DNA of 38,166 nucleotides from positions 1 through 38,166 of the IMG/VR virus record IMGVR_UViG_3300014039_000009. One strand, 5' to 3'. This DNA comes from a virus. This document shows, one piece after another, positions 20,701 through 26,327 of the stretch. The translations under genes and the position numbers were made by a program. The notes below the pieces were generated by a model, which was not told the DNA's origin, searched no databases, and saw only the letters and a list, made by a program, of their open reading frames with translations. Each line of letters begins with the position of its first letter. Positions within the stretch are counted from its first letter, which is position 1.

Positions 20701-20948
20701 ATTCATCAGGCATGTTCCCTTCATTTTTCGGACCAAACAATAAGGCTATGATGTCAATATTGAGATTTGAAATCTTTTCATCTGCTGATGCAGAGCCAAT
20801 ACTCACAGTTAAAAAGAACTCTGACGAAGATTTTAATGCAAGCTTTATATGGGATTTCCCTGCACAGCTGACTGTAGCAGAGGATATAAAAACAGTAGTT
20901 AAAGCTGATGTTTTTAGGGACAACATAACCATTACAAATAAATCTTAA
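14781..20948 (+). CDS. Giant tail-tip / baseplate-receptor-binding protein (2055 aa)
   Basis: It directly follows the tape measure. It contains short collagen-like G-X-Y runs, repeated fibre modules and four tandem ~93-aa repeats. Confidence 0.85.
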   Translation: MTNELQVFIKELGDASWTDITSRVVKANFKIKEGFGSLGGSLNLSKLDITYKASDLAVASIFHTTAKIIRIKKNGAVIWEGFTEGSSTVNSTDSSKLAWVKVSAYPYIHALEKIVAPADEVFYDIFISKQTTDKTSLLERLWSRMIGNAESPYREFLKDSVTIIFPTIEVKRPIVVIEEGDNYLTIFNKILKQYGYVFNLDGFIVRFVQPFADDYREIKQIPFSKIETKPTIKTAPYKSSSRPIITISKIITRDNCQVYSLAQEGENAEHELYINSTFPEEGEYEDIKYSNQNIETDNISFYYAKNPTMSYQARYSDNSSDAVLAEEVKELNGTSAKVKLRNTSTVLSCYLNQLKITAEKAYFLDKTTQVTPTASTIGDKKEETTEWLSTENDANNYINFLLAEQKAETSSFTFKSELLGNEVRPNNLIKIGDIQALYLVRNISTDITTNGKEYSCVLFELQKKTTKVYAMRGLKRVGAKGNKGDRGANGSSNALITLYKRSATQPSSFDGGALTYTFATDTLSGNLGTWSRSISSGSNPLYAITARAYGTGETDIIDIGEWSTPAILSENGTKGENGSTVAVITLYKRGDSAPATPSKTVSFSFHTYTVTNSDGWTLGIPSGSAPCWSIYATAVSANGVSDTIEPSEWSTPIKAFENGAKGEKGDTGTAGSYLSFFVSRILVDCYAEGDIIGDEKITFNAQSDGEITLEIDATPIKTATRLLEYSATPAQVLGDKQSVLVVAKTSKIQQSYTISRVIRKGSLSITADKSSIPFYADNVPHSSADKITLSVSAVNYKNTPKLYLNGVAQTVESKSDYTFDVSQSAFKNTDTIVAKIICGQDIDSIILSKALDIGSLTLTADKTGFEYYADNVAVNTSEKATITIEQQGYSKMPDLILNSVKTTYTSTGNKGSYSIPITALQDISSLEVKIANEKEMKALQIIKTKQNPSIILQVSTPVVEFYYDNVAISGNVTLTVKYSGLFYAPLCKIGTTQVALSSAGVGTISISSFKDVDSLTVDAYAQKNLIYSVSQTITKTKRPLNLSVGASATQFSYDSKNAVSPSSITLTNYTTGLSNPKLVILKVGGTAKTWSDTNTFSITPDMITGRYLNIELSYGTEKTSMIITKTYDGKAEIIQYSKTKSFKIYPDDEYSFTYNASGLTYNGQTFVWTITWSETIPDISSNEYLWRRSRNSETDAWQYTRLTGIQGDKGEQGGGEYLGHYTTAPTKKPNGDSIANGDYYLNTATVGSPLPYRYKNGQWVLITTSDKDWSLIASATMEDVNNFGGALLSTSSYYAFFQLLSAQKAFVNSLGAQNITLNENGLIQSENYESTEGAEGFRINADGSVDFSTGTWRGSFANGLSFIPATHMIAKKTMTHKQVYQAMKKAGIVSGIYKTADLQAFVDTGAISGENGESAPYTSSGINTGNGFACLDYAQSALTMNIPLFTTFSGILPINPDLYLIFHGTKNGSTVTKNVYLVTKTMLATAQFNTSEIYDFTSLKQYPQSSLVNCITISADDKPKVVFIGAVVNGKLIAHDIEAGTVGLYSFNTTTMSTTKEATLNLISSSWTIERGYAPSYNYHEFTDSSGKYWETSLVSADFKSFAISKTADLKTYSVISTYTTAYTSNPPIPLDVVRVGSRIFGQILEQTTVSNTIHNTLYFAEYNTTTKKWDRIPDSYSTVEDLASINIPSLLVKNGVIYGSKSGYDLFSYNPTTSVFADLSSILKTGLPTTVSCDKKIKELVEVVKPLTFDYVTNYTNNTVKYSKTKHWQNLRVTGISWSTKLNALIISANVHENDGIYAPLFNIVYSYDITTGKTKMISPIFAAIETENTTAEFNPINPYVESSSIYAISAGNSVLVSEIPTANEMSFTVNNIKFTDLFAFYNGEKTLDSVLFPTPASVPLGIKSQFQLWASLEKEVLISKAVEYGDNRLYNTTDTTLTFHCAVPFAHETKMIIREKADAYEIILGTYRLLGYSSGMFPSFFGPNNKAMMSILRFEIFSSADAEPILTVKKNSDEDFNASFIWDFPAQLTVAEDIKTVVKADVFRDNITITNKS

Positions 20949-20974
20949 AGAGAAGAAAGGAGTATAATCTATTT

Positions 20975-22552
20975 ATGGCAGTCGAATTTAAAAATCCAAT
21001 CACATTAACTAAAGACTCAACTATATATGGGCATCAATCTCTAGATGAAGGAGGCTTTCCAAAAAATGCAGGCAATGCAAAAGTCTCTCAAATTTTAGAT
21101 TTAGCCCAAACACAAACGCTAGAAAATACCCATGTCGGGGGGAGAAATCTGCTATACAACTCAAAAGGACCAAGAGTTGTAGGACCCTCTAATACAGGGG
21201 CACCGGCAGATAACTATAAGTATGCAACTTATGTCATAACCGAGCCTGTTGAAGTAAATGCAATATATACCTTTACTGCAAGAATAGAGGTTCTAAAAGG
21301 TGACATAGACACTATTACTGTTTATCCACACGACCCACCAGCAGTTAGTAGGAACTTGCCATTAAAAGAAGATGGAACGATTTCTTTTACTGGTATACTC
21401 ACAAATAATAAATTGCCAACGACAATACTGGTATATGCAGGAATAGCAGGGCAAACTCGAGACAAAAGCATAGAAATCTCCGAAGTCAAGCTCGAAAAAG
21501 GCAACATTGCCACCGATTGGACTCCAGCACCTGAAGACGAAATCAAATCTGTGACAACCGAGTATTATCTCTCTACATCTGCAACATCTCTCTCCGGTGG
21601 CTCATGGTCTACAAGTGCTTCCACATGGGTTAATGGTAAATACATGTGGATGAGGACTGTGGTAACTAATGGTTATGGAGATAAGACATATACCCCATCT
21701 GCCAATGGTGTATGTATTGCAGGAGCAAAGGGTGATAAAGGAGATAAGGGAGATAAAGGTGATAAAGGTGAAGCAGGAACTACAACTTGGGCAGGCATTA
21801 CAGATAAGCCGTCATCATTCCCACCAAGTGCTCATAATCACGATGACCGATATTATACAGAGGCAGAGATAGATACCAAATTAGAGGGCAAGGCTAATGC
21901 TAGCCATACACATGATGATAGATATTTCACCGAAACCGAAATCGGCGAATCGGTAACAACTGATACTCTCACCGCAGGCTCAATACAGCCGAAGGGAGAT
22001 GCCAACATCGGCTCTCCTAACCAGAAGTTCAATAAGGTGTATGCGAAAACTCTAAATTTCGATTCTCTGCCCCAATCTGCAAGAGAAATTATTAACATGC
22101 CTATAGCAGGAGCAAACACGAGAGATGGAACAGAGGGTTATCTCAAATGCATATCCATAGAAATCACCGGTTCTTATGCAAATGCCCCTATCTCTTGGAG
22201 AATTACCCAGAGGAATACTCGATCTTCATATAATCTTAGATTCATGAATGCTCCCCACTCCGTGGTTAAAGCGGGCATAAAGCTTCTTAGAATTACTGAT
22301 GTAGCCGACGGTTTTCCTTTTGGTGTTTATGGTGTTGTTTCAGATTCAACAACAATTGATATATATATCCAAAAAAGCGAAGGGTATGATTATATCTCTA
22401 TTAATAGTTGCGATTTACCGGGCTATATGATCAACAGATGCATAATCACATATCCATTAACATTTACATCGTCTTTGCCGGACGGTGCAGTACAAGCATC
22501 ATGTCCAGCCTATATAACCGAATCAGGTCTCTATGGTGCAGTCTTTAACTAG
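20975..22552 (+). CDS. Tail fibre with a collagen-like segment
   Basis: GAKGDKGDKGDKGDKGEAG and a duplicated H-x-H-DDRY-x-TE-x-EI motif. Confidence 0.85.
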   Translation: MAVEFKNPITLTKDSTIYGHQSLDEGGFPKNAGNAKVSQILDLAQTQTLENTHVGGRNLLYNSKGPRVVGPSNTGAPADNYKYATYVITEPVEVNAIYTFTARIEVLKGDIDTITVYPHDPPAVSRNLPLKEDGTISFTGILTNNKLPTTILVYAGIAGQTRDKSIEISEVKLEKGNIATDWTPAPEDEIKSVTTEYYLSTSATSLSGGSWSTSASTWVNGKYMWMRTVVTNGYGDKTYTPSANGVCIAGAKGDKGDKGDKGDKGEAGTTTWAGITDKPSSFPPSAHNHDDRYYTEAEIDTKLEGKANASHTHDDRYFTETEIGESVTTDTLTAGSIQPKGDANIGSPNQKFNKVYAKTLNFDSLPQSAREIINMPIAGANTRDGTEGYLKCISIEITGSYANAPISWRITQRNTRSSYNLRFMNAPHSVVKAGIKLLRITDVADGFPFGVYGVVSDSTTIDIYIQKSEGYDYISINSCDLPGYMINRCIITYPLTFTSSLPDGAVQASCPAYITESGLYGAVFN

Positions 22553-22561
22553 GAGGTGGTC

Positions 22562-23167
22562 ATGGCAAGTGGCGATTTAATTAATTACGCAAATTTCAAG
22601 GCAACCCATGGTGAAAGTTGGGACCAAACGACAGAAGGAACTAACAGTAGTAGTGCTCAAACAACTTTTATTTGTGCACCCTGTTTTGTTACAGGCTTAT
22701 ACATCAATTCTGCATGGGCTTGGGATGGGATAACAGCAAATTGGACTGTATCTTACTACAATGGGTCATCATGGGTTACAGTCTTAAATGAGAACAAATC
22801 AACGTCAGGCATTAATAATGGCTATTGGACTAAATTCTACCACAATCGTAGTTCAGAAGGCACAAGCAGTGGTGATAAATCCAATTATCACTTGTGGAAA
22901 ATAACTGCATCTCCAGTATCATCCACAGGAGGATGGACTAGTAGTTTGTCATGCAAGATAGGAGCATGGGTTGGGGGCATTGCTATGATGACTGAAGCAG
23001 AATACAACAATGTTTGCAAAGGAAAATTAATGAAAGGGTATCAGCCTGCATATTTCACTGGAAGTGAATCAGACTTTCTTTCAAACTATAGTCCTCAAGC
23101 AAAGAGAGGAACACTAATATCGGTATCGACAGGAACATATAAATGGCTAGGAGCGGGAGATTATTGA
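22562..23167 (+). CDS. Trp-rich tail accessory protein (possible carbohydrate-binding fold)
   Basis: ATG at 22562 lies 6 nt after AGGAGG, so I prefer it to the GTG at 22556 used by the track. Pattern WTVSYYNGSSWVTV. Confidence 0.6.
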   Translation: MASGDLINYANFKATHGESWDQTTEGTNSSSAQTTFICAPCFVTGLYINSAWAWDGITANWTVSYYNGSSWVTVLNENKSTSGINNGYWTKFYHNRSSEGTSSGDKSNYHLWKITASPVSSTGGWTSSLSCKIGAWVGGIAMMTEAEYNNVCKGKLMKGYQPAYFTGSESDFLSNYSPQAKRGTLISVSTGTYKWLGAGDY

Positions 23168-23168
23168 T

Positions 23169-23528
23169 ATGGCATTACAAATGAATTTACCAAAAGACAA
23201 AAACCAAATGTATTTCGACTTTCCAAATGCTTATTGGGTTATCGAAGATTTAAATTACACAACAACTGCAGTTGTATTTAGACTAAATGTCTATCCCAAT
23301 AGAGAGAGTAAGCTAATGCAGAATCATGTTTTAGAGAATCCTTCTGTTGGTATTGGTGGTTGTCTAAATGTTATCTCATCAAGACTTTACACATGGCAAG
23401 CTGTCACAGAGATTTCAACAATTTTTCCCACGGGTATTCCTCTATCTGAAAACGAACAGAAGACAGCAATCTACAACTGGATTAAATCTTACACAGGGCT
23501 ACCATTCGAAGATGTCCTTGAAGAATAG
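23169..23528 (+). CDS. Hypothetical protein, last gene of the tail operon
   Basis: 119-aa ORF tightly packed after the preceding gene. Confidence 0.6.
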   Translation: MALQMNLPKDKNQMYFDFPNAYWVIEDLNYTTTAVVFRLNVYPNRESKLMQNHVLENPSVGIGGCLNVISSRLYTWQAVTEISTIFPTGIPLSENEQKTAIYNWIKSYTGLPFEDVLEE

Positions 23529-23754
23529 CTAGAGTTTATGGCTCTTCAAGGGTATAGAGAGCAGTTTAAAAAGTAAACAAAAGCCCCCTCGGGCATTCAG
23601 AGGGAGCAGGGGGTGTAGAGTTAACTACACATTGGTAGAAATTGTTACACAGCTACCAAATTGATTAAAATTATTTTAATCCACAACTTTCGTTGACGTG
23701 TTTAAATATAGATTAGCTTTCTTGCTCTGTCAATCTTTATTTTTTTTTAATTAA

Positions 23755-23786
23755 AGGGCTGACGATTAAATCAGCCCTAGTTTTTT
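23755..23786. terminator. Bidirectional rho-independent terminator
   Basis: agggctga-cgattaaa-tcagccct, with a T-run downstream (agtttttt) and a T-rich tract upstream (tttatttttttttaa) that places an A-run 5' of the hairpin on the minus strand. It sits between convergent operons. Confidence 0.8.
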
Positions 23787-23812
23787 GGTGTCTTTTTCAA
23801 AAGGGACAGATA

Positions 23813-24139
23813 TCAGAGTATTAGCTGTTGTAATTTTACGACATCTGCTTCACTCAAATTCAAATTTTTATTAATAAATGGAATAGGAATATAGGTAACA
23901 CCATATTTGTGCGCGGCTTCCTTCATTCCATTTAAAAATTTTTCAGCATCTATTTGCCCGTCCTCGCATATGCAACCCATTCTTTTTAAAAATGGTAAGG
24001 CATCGTTCAAATATGAAGCAAGTACAGGTCTCTTAAAAAAGCCAACAACCCATTTCACAGGAGTATGAAATCTAGTGACGATTTCTTCTTCGACGAAGAT
24101 TTCGAGTCCGTCTAATATCTGTTCTTCTGATACTGGCAT
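23813..24139 (-). CDS. Hypothetical protein (108 aa)
   Basis: GAGGAG RBS. Last gene of the reverse cassette. Confidence 0.7.
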   Translation of the reverse strand: MPVSEEQILDGLEIFVEEEIVTRFHTPVKWVVGFFKRPVLASYLNDALPFLKRMGCICEDGQIDAEKFLNGMKEAAHKYGVTYIPIPFINKNLNLSEADVVKLQQLIL

Positions 24140-24156
24140 CTTTCACACTCCTCGCC

Positions 24157-24651
24157 TTAGGCTGATGCTCCTGTTGTGGGGGCAGTCCAAGAGTTAAATT
24201 CTTTCATTGGCTGAGGACATACATTAGTGATAGGAATGACAGTCTTTGTTAAGCTGTTTAAGACTGCAATCTGATTTTGCATGACACTGATGTTAGAGAT
24301 TACCTGAGCATTGATTACACCCTGTTCTGCCTTAAAATTGTTTACAGTTCCTTCAAGGGTTCTAATTTTAGAATCCAATCTTTCGTAAACATCAATCATT
24401 TTGCTATCGGTGTTTTTTTCTGCTCTTAATAGTGCATTTTCAGATTCCAATGAGCTAATTTTCTGTCCCTGCTCAAATTCATCCTTGCTGACCCATTGTG
24501 GGACTTTCTGTCCTTGTGCCCCATAGCCGTTATTAAAGCCATTGAAAAACCCACCGAGTCCATTTCCAAGGACTCCGAGTCCTGTGCCGATTGCTCCAAG
24601 GGTGACACCGAGATTTCCCTTGCCGTTGCTTGCATAAGTCATTTCTGCCAT
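24157..24651 (-). CDS. Glycine-zipper membrane / coiled-coil protein (164 aa)
   Basis: AGGAGG RBS. The N-terminus GNLGVTLGAIGTGLGVLGNGLGGFFNGF is followed by heptad-like segments. Confidence 0.75.
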   Translation of the reverse strand: MAEMTYASNGKGNLGVTLGAIGTGLGVLGNGLGGFFNGFNNGYGAQGQKVPQWVSKDEFEQGQKISSLESENALLRAEKNTDSKMIDVYERLDSKIRTLEGTVNNFKAEQGVINAQVISNISVMQNQIAVLNSLTKTVIPITNVCPQPMKEFNSWTAPTTGASA

Positions 24652-24692
24652 ATATAAGCCTCCTACCTATATACCAGAATTATCTCATGTCT

Positions 24693-24992
24693 TTAGGCTC
24701 TCAATTCTCCTAATTTCCTTATAATTTCTTCCTCAGTTACACTTTTTTTAGGATTAGTAAAACCAATAAAAAAAAGAATCTTTTTTAGTGCAAGTAATTT
24801 TTTCTTTTGCAATCCCCCGACGCTGAGGTTAAGAAAATCAGCAACAAACCTTTCATCTTGCATTCTTGAGTATGAGCGTGCAAGAATTTCTTTTTCTAAA
24901 TCTGTAAGCATCGCAAGTTCACAGATTTTCCTTAAAGAGTATTCGTCTATACTCTTTAAACTTTTTGTGAGTAAATTTCTTCTTATATCCAT
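24693..24992 (-). CDS. Small sigma-70 region-4-like HTH regulator (99 aa)
   Basis: LTDLEKEILARSY...ADFLNLSVGGLQKKKLLALKKI resembles sigma region 4 and ArpU/YlxM-type HTH domains. No SD is visible upstream. Confidence 0.6.
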   Translation of the reverse strand: MDIRRNLLTKSLKSIDEYSLRKICELAMLTDLEKEILARSYSRMQDERFVADFLNLSVGGLQKKKLLALKKILFFIGFTNPKKSVTEEEIIRKLGELRA

Positions 24993-25011
24993 ATAACTAA
25001 TTATGATACCT

Positions 25012-25027
25012 TGTTATTATAATAACA
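25012..25027. promoter_or_regulatory. Perfect 16-bp palindrome tgttattataataaca (candidate operator containing TATAAT)
   Basis: Read directly from the sequence; 20 nt upstream of the start of the sigma-like gene. Confidence 0.5.
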
Positions 25028-25079
25028 GTTCAATTTCACTACTAAAAACTTACAAAAAACTTACTTTGCGACAAAATGA

Positions 25080-25193
25080 TTAATAAAAAGACAGATTGTT
25101 AATTTTCTGAAAGATTGTAAATTTTTCTTTACAACTTGATTTTAATCTTTTATAGTTTTCGACATAAAGAAGTAAATCTTCCTTATAATCCAT
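25080..25193 (-). CDS. Possible 37-aa ORF (not in track)
   Basis: Hand translation gives MDYKEDLLLYVENYKRLKSSCKEKFTIFQKINNLSFY. The GGAAGG RBS lies inside the 3' arm of a hairpin. Confidence 0.25.
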   Translation of the reverse strand: MDYKEDLLLYVENYKRLKSSCKEKFTIFQKINNLSFY

Positions 25194-25198
25194 ATTTT

Positions 25199-25233
25199 GC
25201 CTTCCCTGTCCTTGGAATGGGTAGGCTTTTTTT
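25199..25233 (+). terminator. Plus-strand intrinsic terminator
   Basis: gccttccc pairs with gggtaggc (8 bp, one mismatch), followed by ttttttt. Confidence 0.6.
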
Positions 25234-25239
25234 ATGCGT

Positions 25240-25281
25240 AAAAAAAGCACCTAGCAACACCTCTTTGAAGTTGCTGGTGCT
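25240..25281 (-). terminator. Minus-strand intrinsic terminator
   Basis: 12-bp stem agcacc(t)agcaac / gttgctggtgct. The A7 run on the plus strand gives a T7 run after the hairpin on the minus strand. Confidence 0.65.
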
Positions 25282-25410
25282 AAATATTTATTCTAGTAGA
25301 CTTATGATACATTAATTATATATCAAAACTCCGAAATCCACTACAAAAAAAGTTATAAAAAATTATAGTGCTAAGATTTTTATAGTTGGAAAAGGTGTAA
25401 AAAAATCACA

Positions 25411-25560
25411 ATGCGAAAAAGAAAAGAAAGAGAGCCATTATCTGATGAACAGAAAGAGAAGAGGAGTGAAGCAATTTCGAGGATTGTTCTTCCCTTGGCT
25501 AATGCTACCTTGGCAAGTATTGCTCGGGTTGTGGTGGAACACCTATTCAAAGGAGCATAA
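25411..25560 (+). CDS. Possible 49-aa ORF directly upstream of the holin (not in track)
   Basis: Hand translation gives MRKRKEREPLSDEQKEKRSEAISRIVLPLANATLASIARVVVEHLFKGA. Its stop lies 1 nt before the holin ATG. Confidence 0.35.
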   Translation: MRKRKEREPLSDEQKEKRSEAISRIVLPLANATLASIARVVVEHLFKGA

Positions 25561-25561
25561 C

Positions 25562-25915
25562 ATGACAGAATTAATTACAACATTAATTCTCTTTGTTGAC
25601 CAAACATTAATCTATTGGGTTCCATTTTTGGTTGGCGTTGGCTACGCATTAAAGCATTGTACAAAGCTATCAAATAATCTTATCCCTCTAGCAGAGATAG
25701 GAATCGGAGCAATAATCGGGTTATTGTACGGTCTTGCAACTTATGCAGATTCAGAACTTGGTTTTCTGACAGTGCTAGGTTTTGCAGGACAGGGAGCATT
25801 GATTGGTATTATAGCAATCGCTCTTTATGACATGATTCATGGAGTTATCAAGCAGAGAGGATTGTGCAAGCTTGAAAAAAAAGAAAAAGCTAAAAAGGAA
25901 GGTGAGCCAAAATGA
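25562..25915 (+). CDS. Holin-like membrane protein
   Basis: ATG at 25562 is preceded by AAAGGAG, so I prefer it to the track start at 25445. It has three to four hydrophobic segments and a charged C-terminus. Confidence 0.7.
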   Translation: MTELITTLILFVDQTLIYWVPFLVGVGYALKHCTKLSNNLIPLAEIGIGAIIGLLYGLATYADSELGFLTVLGFAGQGALIGIIAIALYDMIHGVIKQRGLCKLEKKEKAKKEGEPK

Positions 25916-26325
25916 AAAAAATTGATTTTTCCAAAATGAGAACATTTACTTGTAATTTTATCGGTGCAATCATTGCCACAATCGTTGCATTCTTGTGCAC
26001 ATTGCCTTGGGGAGTTGGCTATGCTATTGACTGGGTTACAAACCTCATTCTCTATACTGTAATCATAGAGGTTTCTCTCGATTTAGTTATCAAGCTAAAA
26101 AATCAGAAAGAGTTACTCTGTTGGCAGTATTATGTTGGTCTTGTAGCAATCCTCTTGTCTAACTGGAGTTTCATGGCAACAGCAAAGCAGACAGAGAACA
26201 AGCCTTTCTTTATTTGGCTATCCATAACTGCTGCACTTACTGCAGTAACTGGCATTTGGTGGAATAAGGCAGTTAAGGGAGCATACGAAAAGAAGAAAGA
26301 AATTACTGAAGTCAAGGAGAATTAA
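25912..26325 (+). CDS. Four-TM membrane protein (second holin or antiholin candidate)
   Basis: ATGA overlap with the holin gene; hydrophobic segments. Confidence 0.65.
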   Translation: MKKIDFSKMRTFTCNFIGAIIATIVAFLCTLPWGVGYAIDWVTNLILYTVIIEVSLDLVIKLKNQKELLCWQYYVGLVAILLSNWSFMATAKQTENKPFFIWLSITAALTAVTGIWWNKAVKGAYEKKKEITEVKEN

Positions 26326-26327
26326 AG

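Noticed and set aside
14781-23167. Diversity-generating retroelement targeting the tail fibre genes (Asn/Trp-rich C-terminal regions).
   Set aside because: No reverse-transcriptase ORF exists anywhere in the window: there is no YxDD-type motif in any translation. I found no template-repeat copy of a fibre 3' end.
23529-23812. A tRNA or tmRNA gene in this or other intergenic regions.
   Set aside because: No GTTCGAATC-type T-arm or cloverleaf was recognisable by eye in any gap. This remains an unverified negative without tRNAscan.
23529-25000. A Mu G-segment-like invertible tail-fibre cassette, considered because minus-strand genes lie right after the fibre genes.
   Set aside because: There is no serine invertase gene and I could find no flanking inverted repeats. 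The minus-strand proteins show no similarity to the fibre C-termini.
25445-25561. The N-terminal 39-aa extension of the holin ORF (track start 25445).
   Set aside because: The extension is Trp/Leu-rich and odd, with no RBS. ATG 25562 has a perfect AAAGGAG and starts directly at the first TM segment. A different-frame 49-aa ORF fits the space better.
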